Shown here piece after piece: positions 18,167 through 27,561 of a stretch of DNA of 64,000 nt. Source of the stretch: Candidatus Latescibacterota bacterium (GTDB lineage Bacteria; Latescibacterota; UBA2968; UBA8231); contig OZ241867.1 in assembly GCA_965203175.1 (NCBI GenBank), positions 3,456,001-3,520,000 on the forward strand, read 5' to 3'. Each line of letters begins with the position of its first letter. The stretch's first letter is position 1. The notes below the pieces were generated by a model. It was not told the DNA's origin and searched no databases. It worked only from the letters and a program-made list of their open reading frames with translations. A program made the translations under genes and the position numbers.

Positions 18167-19708
18167 CTACTGTCGTTTGGCGTCCAAGCTCTGGATAATC
18201 TCCTGTTGCTCTTCTGCTTCCCGGTAGCGCCCTGCTTTGATATAGGCACCTTTGAGCAACCGGCGGTACTCGAGATTATGCGGATCGAGACCGATGGCTA
18301 GCTTGTACTCATTGATCGCCTTTATATACCTACCCTGTTGGGTATAGTGAGCGGCTAATTCGCCGTGGTATTTTGGATTGTCGGGCACTAAGACGACACG
18401 CTGTTCCATATCTGCTATATTGCCTTCGCGCAGTTCTTTGAAAATTTCCATCTCCTTTGCACCCTCTGCTCCTCTGCCCTGTTTCAGATAGACGTTGGCC
18501 AGACCGAAATGTGCTTCGGCATTGTAGTAGTCGAGCTCGATGGCCTTTTTGAATTTGCCAATCGCCTCCTCCTCTCTGCCGATCTTGGCATATACGGCCC
18601 CCAAGGCGTAGTGGAAAACTGACCGGTCGGGCTCGAGCCGGATGGCATACTGGTATTCCTCAATAGCGGCTTGGTATTTTTTATCTCTCGAGTAGATCAT
18701 GCCGAGCCGATAACGGGTGTAAGCCATATCGGGATTAACTGCGAGTGCCTTGACGAATTGCTCCGCTGCTTTGTCGTACTGTCGCTGGCGTTCATAGGCC
18801 ATACCTAGATTGTGCTGGAACCAGCCGTTTTCAGGAGCCAACTCCACAGCCTTGCGATGCTCCTCAACAGCGGCTGCTAGCTTGTCTTGGTCCGCCATTA
18901 CAGCCCCCAGTAGGGCTAGAGACTGGTCGGTGTAGACCAAGCCTAGTTTATCGTGTACCTCGGCCCAACTCGGCTCGAGTTGCAAGGTTTTGTGGAATGC
19001 TTCTGCGGCCTCTGCAAGTTTGCCTATTGCCATATAGGCGTTGCCCAAGACGAAGTGGATAGACGGTTCGTTGGCGACCAGCTTGGCCGCTTGCCGCAAT
19101 TCCTCTATGGCTTGAGAATAGGCCCCTTCTTCTAGATATATCGTCCCGAGCCGATAGCGAGAGGGACCGTAGTTGGGGTTGAGGTCGATAACAGCTTTGA
19201 AATGCTCTGCTGCTTTAGCCCGCTCTTGGGTCTGTATGTAGATAACACCCAAGCCGTGGTGAGCGGGAAAATACTTGGGGTTGGCCTCAATGGCTTTTTG
19301 ATAAGAATCGAGACCCTCGTCGTACTCTTGGCGAATAAAAAAAATTTTACCCAACTTGTAGTGTGCCGGTGCGTAGTCCGGATCAATCTGGAGGACCTTG
19401 GCAAATTCCTCTTCCGCCTCGCCCAATCGGTTTTGCAAGGCGTAGATGAAACCGAGGCCGTCGTGCGGATAGATATTATTAGCGTCTAATTCTATCGCTT
19501 GCTTGTATTCCCTCTCCGCACTTTCATAGTCGCCCCTTTGGGCATGGCGCATGCCGAGCCTATAATGCTCTTGGCTCCTTGAGGAAGCTCTTGCCTCGCC
19601 ATCCTGTCCATGCGCGGCTCCAACGTGGTACAGGATACATATCAATGAAATTGCATGGCCGATTCGGCAAATAGTGCCCGGTGTCTTCCGTAGTTTTGGA
19701 AAATGCAT
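18167..19708 (-). CDS. Exported tetratricopeptide-repeat protein
   Basis: Signal-like N-terminus followed by more than ten 34-aa TPR units (e.g. AHYKLG...YQKAIEANP). Confidence 0.9.
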   Translation of the reverse strand: MHFPKLRKTPGTICRIGHAISLICILYHVGAAHGQDGEARASSRSQEHYRLGMRHAQRGDYESAEREYKQAIELDANNIYPHDGLGFIYALQNRLGEAEEEFAKVLQIDPDYAPAHYKLGKIFFIRQEYDEGLDSYQKAIEANPKYFPAHHGLGVIYIQTQERAKAAEHFKAVIDLNPNYGPSRYRLGTIYLEEGAYSQAIEELRQAAKLVANEPSIHFVLGNAYMAIGKLAEAAEAFHKTLQLEPSWAEVHDKLGLVYTDQSLALLGAVMADQDKLAAAVEEHRKAVELAPENGWFQHNLGMAYERQRQYDKAAEQFVKALAVNPDMAYTRYRLGMIYSRDKKYQAAIEEYQYAIRLEPDRSVFHYALGAVYAKIGREEEAIGKFKKAIELDYYNAEAHFGLANVYLKQGRGAEGAKEMEIFKELREGNIADMEQRVVLVPDNPKYHGELAAHYTQQGRYIKAINEYKLAIGLDPHNLEYRRLLKGAYIKAGRYREAEEQQEIIQSLDAKRQ

Positions 19709-19765
19709 AGAGAAATTACCCTCTCGCAAAGAGCATCGTGAATCTTGCCAAACGGGCGGGGGAGA

Positions 19766-21997
19766 CTAGTGGTTGTGTGTCATCTCGTCCGATTCATTGC
19801 CCGGAGCGATAGCGAAAGATTTAAACTGCCGGTGAATTGGACGCGAATCACCTTCGCGGATATATAAACTTTGGTCCATCTCGACGTCGTTGAAAATCTG
19901 CACTTCTCCGCTGGTGGGCCAGACGATTTCGATCGCCTGGATAGACTCAGCCTGTCCTAGCCCTATTTCGCATTGCAGGCTGGAGGCACCAAAACTGCCC
20001 CCACTGGTCACCGCGTAATGAATGTCGCGGCTGCCATGTGCGGTGTTCACGCTTACCTTTACGCGCACTCCAATGGCGGACCGATTGGTACGCCTGCCCT
20101 CGAGCCGAAGCTTGATCCAATGATTGCCGTGGCCCGGATTGGCAAAGAGGACATTCTGATAGACATCGCCGGTAAAGGCCCCGCCAATGACCGAAAAAAC
20201 ATCTTGGTCGCCATCGTGGTCAATATCGCCAAAAGCCACACCGTGGCCCTTTTGCAAATGCCCAAAGCCACCCGAGGTGGTGATATCTTGGAAGAAATTG
20301 CCGTCGGCATTGCGGAACATGCGGTTGGGGACTATCGTAGCCATATACGGGTCGCCGGTGCCGATATAACAATCTTGGTACCCGTCGTTGTCTAGGTCGC
20401 CGAAATTGCTGCCCATGGCTAGGAGGGGTTCATCGAGCCCGACTTCGCGCGTGACATCGGTGAAAGTCACGTCGCCGTTGTTGCGGTATAGACGGGGTTC
20501 TTCAGCGCGGTGCGGCAAGCCCAGATAAGCGGCCGCTACGTCCGCTACCTCACCCTTAAAACCGGCGACGAATAGATCCTGCCACCCATCGTTGTCGTAG
20601 TCCCAGAACCAAGTCGGAAAACTATAGGGTGGCCCGGCTACACCTGCCGTGGCCGTCACATCGGCGAAATGCCCGCTCCCCTGATTGCTAAAGAGCAGAT
20701 TAGATTCTTCGGGATTCAAACGCGAGATATACAGATCCAGTTGTCCATCGTTGTTGTAGTCGCCCCATACCACTCCTTTAACCCAGCCGACCACATCGAG
20801 TCCTGCTGTCTCGGCCACATCGACGAATTGTACCGCCGATACTCCGCGCCCAGAGTCTTCGCCTTGGTTGCGGAACAACTCGCACGGATGAATGGCGCTA
20901 CCCTGAGATTCGTTGCCGACAAATAGGTCAACCCAACCGTCGTTGTCGAAATCGCCCCAGGTCGCTGTCTGCGTTGGGTGGAAAGTGAGCAAGCCGGCTG
21001 CCTCGGTTGCATCGAAAAATCGCCCATTTCCCCGATTGGCCAACAGCGAGTTGGGGTAGCGTCCCTCGTCGAGCCAAGCGCCGCGCAGCACCAGTACATC
21101 TGCATAGCCGTTATTATCGTAGTCGGCTTGGCAGATATTTAAGCCACCCACAATACCCTCCAAACCTGCTGCTTGTGTGTGATCGGCAAAGGTGCCGTCT
21201 CCCTGGTTGCGGAAGTAGCGGAGTGGGTCGCGCAGGCCCCAAGATGAAGCCACGATATCGAGGTAGCCGTCGCCGTCAAAGTCTTCCATAATGGCTCCAC
21301 CTGAGAGTCCCACCACATCCAGCCCCAATTGGGGAGCGACATCGCGAAAATTCCCAATATCGTAGTCAGAGGTGAATACTTCGGGTGGAATCAGCAAGTT
21401 CTGCGGCACCTCTTCTGGGTATTGACCCAGCGTCATATAGGCGATATTGAGTAGCCAACGAGCCGACAAATCGTTTGGATTTCTGCTCAGAACCCCTAAA
21501 AACTCCTCGATAGCAGCGCTCGATCCGCGCTTTATTTGGTGCACTCCTGTGCCGCGGATCGGCATTAGACAGGAGTCGATATTGTGTTGCACAATACAGT
21601 TTTCTTGCTCTCCCAAACGCAGATAGGCCAAGCCCACTAGCAGTTGGAGAGAATGCCGAAGCCGAGGATGGTGGACCACAGTCTGCAGTTGCCGGTACTC
21701 CTGTACTGCTCGATCGGATTGGCCAGCTTGCAGCAGTTCGTTGGCAAGAGAAAAGTGGACTTGTAGGATTTGATCTCGCCCCTGAGGATTGGTGGCTGCA
21801 CTGGATTGGCGTAGGCGGTCCAACTGAGCGTGGAAATATGCAACTCGGTCCAAATTCACATACGGATGTAGGGCAGGATCGATGTTGGCGGCTATGTCTT
21901 CTAGGAGTTCAGCCATGCGCTGAGTGCTGGCCGCCTGCTCTCGCTCGGTACAGGCTACTAAGACAAGAAACCATCCTACAATAATTGGGATCCGCAT
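19766..21997 (-). CDS. CRTAC1-family lipoprotein with N-terminal TPR-like helical domain
   Basis: True start likely ATG 21997 (MRIPIIVGWFLVLVAC, lipobox); AYLRLGEQENC...SC motif, FG-GAP repeats, ASPIC/UnbV C-terminus. Confidence 0.88.
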   Translation of the reverse strand: MRIPIIVGWFLVLVACTEREQAASTQRMAELLEDIAANIDPALHPYVNLDRVAYFHAQLDRLRQSSAATNPQGRDQILQVHFSLANELLQAGQSDRAVQEYRQLQTVVHHPRLRHSLQLLVGLAYLRLGEQENCIVQHNIDSCLMPIRGTGVHQIKRGSSAAIEEFLGVLSRNPNDLSARWLLNIAYMTLGQYPEEVPQNLLIPPEVFTSDYDIGNFRDVAPQLGLDVVGLSGGAIMEDFDGDGYLDIVASSWGLRDPLRYFRNQGDGTFADHTQAAGLEGIVGGLNICQADYDNNGYADVLVLRGAWLDEGRYPNSLLANRGNGRFFDATEAAGLLTFHPTQTATWGDFDNDGWVDLFVGNESQGSAIHPCELFRNQGEDSGRGVSAVQFVDVAETAGLDVVGWVKGVVWGDYNNDGQLDLYISRLNPEESNLLFSNQGSGHFADVTATAGVAGPPYSFPTWFWDYDNDGWQDLFVAGFKGEVADVAAAYLGLPHRAEEPRLYRNNGDVTFTDVTREVGLDEPLLAMGSNFGDLDNDGYQDCYIGTGDPYMATIVPNRMFRNADGNFFQDITTSGGFGHLQKGHGVAFGDIDHDGDQDVFSVIGGAFTGDVYQNVLFANPGHGNHWIKLRLEGRRTNRSAIGVRVKVSVNTAHGSRDIHYAVTSGGSFGASSLQCEIGLGQAESIQAIEIVWPTSGEVQIFNDVEMDQSLYIREGDSRPIHRQFKSFAIAPGNESDEMTHNH

Positions 21998-22140
21998 AGA
22001 GCGATCTGCCTTGTCATTGTCATTATTGCTCTCTGCCAGCCTGCCCCTGCAACCTGGACGAGGGGATAGACCAGCCTTTCGTGCTCCATCATAAAAGACG
22101 GCTGCCATACAATCTATTTTTAAGTGCGCAACAACCGAGC

Positions 22141-23121
22141 CTACTCGAAAAACCCGTCGGGGTACGGATCGGGATTGAGCAGAGGAGCCGTCCAGTCGCC
22201 AATTTCGTCCAGCCTCACCGGGGCACCGCCGCACTCCACGTGCGATTTGAAGCCGGCGAGAAACATCTGCACCTTCTCGTAGATGGCCTCGTAGGGTTCG
22301 GGCATTTTTCGGGTTTCGAACATCTCCTGCATCTCCAGCAGCAGGGGAACCCAAAAGTGGATGCCGCTGTGCACGAACTGCTCGAAGGTGCGCTCCCCGA
22401 ACACCCGAATCCAGCCCCACGTCCCCGATATTTCCTGCAGCGATCCGTAAAAAGTCTTTCCGCCTTCTCCTCTGGGTTCGTATTCAAAGGTGAGGTGACC
22501 ATTGGGGACATGCCAGTCGGGCGTTTGGTAGGCCACGCTCTTAATGCCGCCGCCGATACATGCGTAGATCATGTACAGGCCGTGAATGCCATGGGTGGCG
22601 TAATCGGACATGGAGTTGGCCGCGGCAAAACCCCTGATCGGTTCAATGGCCGCCACTTCGCGTTTGATGTGCTCAATTTCCGGTGCCGAGCCGAAGGATG
22701 AACCCGACATGATGGGAGTGTCGTGCTTTTTGGACAAATCAATTATTTCCTGCGCGTCTTGGAGGTTAAGGGCAAAAGGGCGGTTGATGAAGATGGGGAC
22801 GCCGGCCTCCAAATAGGGTCTGGCCAGTTCCTTGAAATGCAGAGTTGAGTCAAAATCGGAGAGAATGACACCGTCTACCTTGCCGACCATATCCCAATAG
22901 TTCTCCACCGCTTCGACTCCTTTGTATGTATCGCAGAAGTCCTTGACGCCTTCTTTGTCCATATCCCAGACGTGGGTCATGACCATGCCCGTCATACGCG
23001 TCGTGCAGCCCATGAATTGGCGCGGGCAAGAGGGATCTATGATAGGACCCCATATACCTGAGATGTGCACGTACCGGGCGCAGGTTAGAACGCCCACTCT
23101 GACGAGAGATACATTCGACAT
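22141..23121 (-). CDS. Gfo/Idh/MocA-family oxidoreductase
   Basis: RVGVL N-terminus, VDGVIL, LEAGVPIFINRPFA, GSS, YATHGIH. Confidence 0.75.
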   Translation of the reverse strand: MSNVSLVRVGVLTCARYVHISGIWGPIIDPSCPRQFMGCTTRMTGMVMTHVWDMDKEGVKDFCDTYKGVEAVENYWDMVGKVDGVILSDFDSTLHFKELARPYLEAGVPIFINRPFALNLQDAQEIIDLSKKHDTPIMSGSSFGSAPEIEHIKREVAAIEPIRGFAAANSMSDYATHGIHGLYMIYACIGGGIKSVAYQTPDWHVPNGHLTFEYEPRGEGGKTFYGSLQEISGTWGWIRVFGERTFEQFVHSGIHFWVPLLLEMQEMFETRKMPEPYEAIYEKVQMFLAGFKSHVECGGAPVRLDEIGDWTAPLLNPDPYPDGFFE

Positions 23122-23312
23122 TATCTTTCTCCTTTTTCTATTGAGGGGGAGATCTATTGCGGCAAAGTGCCTCTAAGAATACGGACGCGGTATTGAGTCA
23201 ACAAGATGAATGTTGGAATAGATGGCCCATCGGCACTGCATTGCGAAACTGGTGAATCAGTGCGTTATTGCGTACATACTGTGTAGTAGATCAAACGAGT
23301 AAGGAGGTGTCA

Positions 23313-24137
23313 ATGCCCGTTATCGACGCTCATGTTCACGTGCTGCCCAACTTTCCTGCTATGGCTCCTTGGGAAGATCTGGGGCGAGTAGATCGGCTCC
23401 TCCACCACATGGACGAATGCGATGTCGACAAAGCCGTCGTGCTGCCGGTGGTGGCGGAGTACTCGCCGGGCAACAATCAGGAATGCGCCCAATGGGGGAG
23501 AGAGCACCCCGATCGGTTGGCCGTATTGACGGATGTGCCCATGCACCAGGAAGACGCCGCAGAGAGAGTCTTGCGGGCGGGCGAGGAATTCGGTGCCGTG
23601 GGCACCAGTTACTACCCTCCCAAGCTCAATGAGAAAATGCAGTGGATGTTGGAAGAGGCTTGCGATGCGCTCTGGCGGGCGTACAAAGACACTGGCCTAG
23701 TCTGCAATCTGCAAATCGGGCCAGCCAATTACGGACTCTTGCTGGAGTTGGCGCAGAGACATCCAGAGATCCGCTTTGTCGCCAATCATCTAGCCCTGCC
23801 CGCGCTAGCCGGCGGCCCCGATGCCCAAGACGAGACGTACGGGGGACTGCTGCAGGCATCGGCTTATCCCAATTTGTCGATTAAAGCGTCGGGCTTCTAC
23901 GCGGCGGCGACCACCTCTTGGGATTTCCGCTGCCCCCAGGCGCTGGGATTTTTCAACCGCCTGCTCAAGGGTTTGGGAGCCGACCGCCTGCTGTGGGGGT
24001 CGGATTGGCCGCCGGTTGGCCGCCATGTCACGTACCGACAAAGTTTAGAAATAATCCGTACTTTTGCCTCGGAGTTGGACGAAGGGGATCGGGCCAAAGT
24101 GTTGGGGGAGAACGCCGCCCGGGTTTACGGGATTTGA
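23313..24137 (+). CDS. Amidohydrolase_2 family protein (sugar lactonase-like)
   Basis: SD AAGGAGG; IDAHVH, NHLA, IKASG, LLWGSDWP, LGENAARVY. Confidence 0.88.
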   Translation: MPVIDAHVHVLPNFPAMAPWEDLGRVDRLLHHMDECDVDKAVVLPVVAEYSPGNNQECAQWGREHPDRLAVLTDVPMHQEDAAERVLRAGEEFGAVGTSYYPPKLNEKMQWMLEEACDALWRAYKDTGLVCNLQIGPANYGLLLELAQRHPEIRFVANHLALPALAGGPDAQDETYGGLLQASAYPNLSIKASGFYAAATTSWDFRCPQALGFFNRLLKGLGADRLLWGSDWPPVGRHVTYRQSLEIIRTFASELDEGDRAKVLGENAARVYGI

Positions 24138-24164
24138 GTGACGCCTAATTGAAAGGGACTTATT

Positions 24165-24896
24165 GTGCTGAATACCGACGTCGAGCGCTTTGACTCAGAA
24201 GGCTATTGCTTTTTCCCCGATGTTTTCGGGCCAGACGAAGTCGACGCCATGCAGTATTCGCTGGACGTGGGCGTGCGCGCGGGTTTTCTCGACCGGGATC
24301 AATACTACGGCGAGCCACATACCAAGGAAGTGTTCTGGCTGGAGGTCTGCCGCTATCCGTATCTACTCGATGCGGTGGAAGCCATCTTGGGTCCCAACCT
24401 GATCTTGGTCTATTCGAGCATGTTCATCAAGCTGCCGGGCGATGGAACCAGCGTGGGTTGGCACCAAGACAATAACTACTGGCCCAGCGTCCACGGCACC
24501 GATGTGGCCACAGTGTGGCTGGCGCTCGACGACGCGGACGCTGAAAACGCCGCCATGCGCATCATACCCGGTTCACACCGGGACTACCGGGAGATGGAAA
24601 CCGTGCCTGCGGAGGAGACCGAGATGCTGAGAAAGAAGGTGCCGGTCGCCCCCGAAATGGAGGACCAAGCCGTGATGATGGAGATGAAGGCCGGTAGTCT
24701 GTCCATTCACGATTCCTACATTCTGCACGGCAGCGAGGCCAATGAAAGTGGCCGCCGCCGCGCCGGCTATACGATTCGCTACTGCAGTACAGATACCGCT
24801 TGGGTGGACATGGACCAACATCCGATTCCTGTGTTTCTAGTGCGCGGGGAAGGGGGACCACTGGGGGAGCGGTATACGGATCTGCGACCTGAATAA
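24165..24896 (+). CDS. Phytanoyl-CoA dioxygenase (PhyH) family Fe/2OG enzyme
   Basis: WHQD, VWLALDD, IPGSH, LHGS, RR motifs. Confidence 0.9.
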   Translation: MLNTDVERFDSEGYCFFPDVFGPDEVDAMQYSLDVGVRAGFLDRDQYYGEPHTKEVFWLEVCRYPYLLDAVEAILGPNLILVYSSMFIKLPGDGTSVGWHQDNNYWPSVHGTDVATVWLALDDADAENAAMRIIPGSHRDYREMETVPAEETEMLRKKVPVAPEMEDQAVMMEMKAGSLSIHDSYILHGSEANESGRRRAGYTIRYCSTDTAWVDMDQHPIPVFLVRGEGGPLGERYTDLRPE

Positions 24897-24928
24897 CTCG
24901 ATGCTTGTACACTTAGGAGGAACCCCCA

Positions 24929-26749
24929 ATGGCCTACGTATCTATTGCCGCTAAGACCTGCAAAAATCCGCCTCATTGGGCCGTGCGCCAGCGCGACTTG
25001 ATCGCCTTGATGGACCGCGCCGCTCACCCCTTTGTCGAACACAGTACCCGTCCGGACGGCACCCTGATTCAGCGCACGGAGTGGACCAGCATGGACGGTA
25101 CGGACAATGGCTACGAGGCCTTCCTATCGTTCCCCCTGTTTTACCTGCTGGGCGGCGGCGAGCACATCTATCAGATCGCCTGCAAAGAGTGGGACGCCAT
25201 CACTTGGCAGTACGCCAATTACGGCACGGTCGAGCGCGAGTTTGTCACTGGCTTTGACTGGTTCCACCACTCCGAAAGCTATACCTACATCTACTATTTG
25301 GCGCTGGCCGATCCCGCCCATCTCATCAACCGCACCCGCGCCCTGCGCTACGCTGCCATGTACACTGGTGATGATCCGCTGGCACCCAATTGGGACGCGC
25401 AACGCAAAATGATCCGCTCGCCGCTCAACGGCAGCAAGGGCCCGCGCTTTGTCACCACCCAAGTCGATTGGGATTACCACCGACCCATCCTAGCCGACTA
25501 CCTAGCGCCTTTTGAGGACATTCCAGGTGCCGACAGCTCCGACCCGCTCTTCAAGGTCGATTGGACGGACGACGAAGTATTCGCCCGGGTCCTCGACTTG
25601 ATTAACAAGCGCATGACCCGTTGCGATGTGCCCCTCAACCTGAGTGTCGCCAGCTTGATAACCAACGCCTATCTCTACACTGGCGACGACCAATACAAAA
25701 CTTGGGTGCTCGATTATTTGCAGGCGTGGGAGGAGCGCTGCGCGGCCAACGGCGGCATTATGCCCGACAATATTGGCCCCGAGGGAACCATTGGCGAGTT
25801 GATGGATGGCAAGTGGTGGGGCGGGTACTACGGCTGGCGCTGGCCACACGGAGCGCGCAATATTGTCGAGCCGGCGCTAGTGGCCGGCAGTTGCGCCCTG
25901 CTGATGACCGGCGATGATGCCCATTTGGACTTGGCTCGCTCGCAGCTCGACATGCTGTGGGAACTGCGGCGCGAGGAGGACGGCCGCGTCAAGGTACCAG
26001 CCCGCCATGGCGACCAAGGCTGGTTTGATTTTCGACCGCCCGACCCCTACTTGTACATCCATTTATACTACTTGAGCCAGAGCGAACGGGATTTGGCTCG
26101 CCTCGATGCAGCCTTTCCCGACCGCGCCGCTTTTTCCGGTCTGCCCCCTGACTGGGGCGCTGCCAAAGCTGGCATATGCCCGCCGACGGCTTGGTTCGCC
26201 TTTACCGAAGGCAAAAACCCAGGCTACGTCGATCAGGTGGTTGACTCGACCTACTCTAGCATCTGCCACAGCCTAGATCGCCTAGAGAACGACGACAGCG
26301 ATCCCGAAACGCGCGAGTGCTATCACTTCCAGAGACTCAATCCCGTGTTGCCCGAAGCCCTGATCCAGATGGCCTTGGGCACGCCTTCGGCGATCTACAA
26401 CGGCGGGATGCTCCAGGCCCATGTGCACTATTTCGACCCGCAGCGCCGTCGTCCTGGTCTGCCCGAGTACGTCGCGGCCTTAGTCGATCGAGTCAGCGCC
26501 GACGGAGTTAGTCTGACGCTGGTGAATACGGACCCAGTGGAAGGCCGCAATGTTCTGTTGCAGGCCGGTTCCTTTGGCGAGCACCAATTCACTAAGGCTC
26601 AACTAGAGAACGAAAACGGCCAAGATCAGTCCATTGAGGTAGAGGATCGGTACCTCCAGGTGCATTTGGGGCCAGCGGCTCAGGCCCATTTGCACCTTGG
26701 GCTGAAGCGCTTTGCCCACCGGCCCTCCTACAGTTCCCCACTTCGCTAG
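24929..26749 (+). CDS. Conserved hypothetical protein, probable (alpha/alpha)-barrel enzyme
   Basis: 606-aa ORF with SD AGGAGG; DGTDNGYEAF, FDWFHHSE, GIMPDNIG, GKWWGGYYGWRW, RRPGLP motifs. Confidence 0.7.
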   Translation: MAYVSIAAKTCKNPPHWAVRQRDLIALMDRAAHPFVEHSTRPDGTLIQRTEWTSMDGTDNGYEAFLSFPLFYLLGGGEHIYQIACKEWDAITWQYANYGTVEREFVTGFDWFHHSESYTYIYYLALADPAHLINRTRALRYAAMYTGDDPLAPNWDAQRKMIRSPLNGSKGPRFVTTQVDWDYHRPILADYLAPFEDIPGADSSDPLFKVDWTDDEVFARVLDLINKRMTRCDVPLNLSVASLITNAYLYTGDDQYKTWVLDYLQAWEERCAANGGIMPDNIGPEGTIGELMDGKWWGGYYGWRWPHGARNIVEPALVAGSCALLMTGDDAHLDLARSQLDMLWELRREEDGRVKVPARHGDQGWFDFRPPDPYLYIHLYYLSQSERDLARLDAAFPDRAAFSGLPPDWGAAKAGICPPTAWFAFTEGKNPGYVDQVVDSTYSSICHSLDRLENDDSDPETRECYHFQRLNPVLPEALIQMALGTPSAIYNGGMLQAHVHYFDPQRRRPGLPEYVAALVDRVSADGVSLTLVNTDPVEGRNVLLQAGSFGEHQFTKAQLENENGQDQSIEVEDRYLQVHLGPAAQAHLHLGLKRFAHRPSYSSPLR

Positions 26750-27417
26750 GCAAATACGAGCGGCTGATAAAAGTCCGGCTGATGGAAGCTGGGTTCGGGT
26801 GTATCTACTCGTGCCCACGTGCCCCAGTGGGGGTGGGAGGTGCGGTCGCCGCATTTGTAGAAGTTGCCCTTCCACTGGGTGCCGGGTACTGGTGTCTGGG
26901 CTCCGAAGTACTGGGCGAAGAGGGCAAAGGGGACGCGGTACTCGACCGCCCAAGTCGTGGGGGTGGTGCGCTCTGGCTCGACGATCTTGGGGAGGGTTGT
27001 GGCGATGCGGATGGTGGCACCGTCGGCATCGCTGACGTTTTCGGTCTCGCGACCTTGGGTGCGTTCCGCAACTGAAGGGCAGCGGTACAAGAGCATGGTA
27101 CCGCCGCAATTGACCTCGAAATTGAAGTAAGCCTGTGAGTCGGGCAGGGGGGCGACGAAAAACTCGACGCAGGAATCGGTGCAGACTGAATCTTGGAAGT
27201 GCTCGGCCACAGCGCGGACGTAGCGATCCTCGACGCGGAAGATAATGGATAGTGCCCGCTCGTCGTAGAGCACGCGCGCCTGAGTGCGGGGACGGTGGCC
27301 GGAATCCTCCCAGGGAAAGAGGGTGATTTCTAAAGTCTCGGCCGCTTGCCACTGGGGACGCTCCCAATCGGCGTCGGGAAGGTCGAGGTTGTCGGTGCGA
27401 TGAATGGTGTATTGCAT
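26746..27417 (-). CDS. Carbohydrate-binding family 9-like protein
   Basis: DSCVEFF, YFNFEVNCGG, WKGNFYKCGD, SFHQPDF; start placed at ATG 27417. Confidence 0.85.
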   Translation of the reverse strand: MQYTIHRTDNLDLPDADWERPQWQAAETLEITLFPWEDSGHRPRTQARVLYDERALSIIFRVEDRYVRAVAEHFQDSVCTDSCVEFFVAPLPDSQAYFNFEVNCGGTMLLYRCPSVAERTQGRETENVSDADGATIRIATTLPKIVEPERTTPTTWAVEYRVPFALFAQYFGAQTPVPGTQWKGNFYKCGDRTSHPHWGTWARVDTPEPSFHQPDFYQPLVFA

Positions 27418-27468
27418 GGCAGACATAATACGCAATGGCGAAGCCGCGTGAAAGTGGCTCCGTACTGT

Positions 27469-27497
27469 TTGACGGGGAGTATGGTCTCCAGTATTTT
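27469..27497 (+). promoter_or_regulatory. sigma70-type promoter for the peptidase-PD40-Omp85 gene
   Basis: TTGACG-N17-TATTTT. Confidence 0.55.
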
Positions 27498-27513
27498 CCT
27501 AGCAACTTGTGGA

Positions 27514-27545
27514 GCGACCAGCAACTGGTTGCTGGTCGCCTTTTT
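27514..27545 (+). terminator. Terminator-like hairpin within the 5' leader (possible attenuator)
   Basis: Perfect 12-bp inverted repeat GCGACCAGCAAC-TG-GTTGCTGGTCGC followed by CTTTTT. Confidence 0.55.
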
Positions 27546-27561
27546 GCGAAAGGGATACACG

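Noticed and set aside
21998-22420. N-terminal 141 aa of the 884-aa ORF 19766..22420
   Set aside because: Overlaps the oxidoreductase gene in another frame; the lipoprotein signal begins at 21997.
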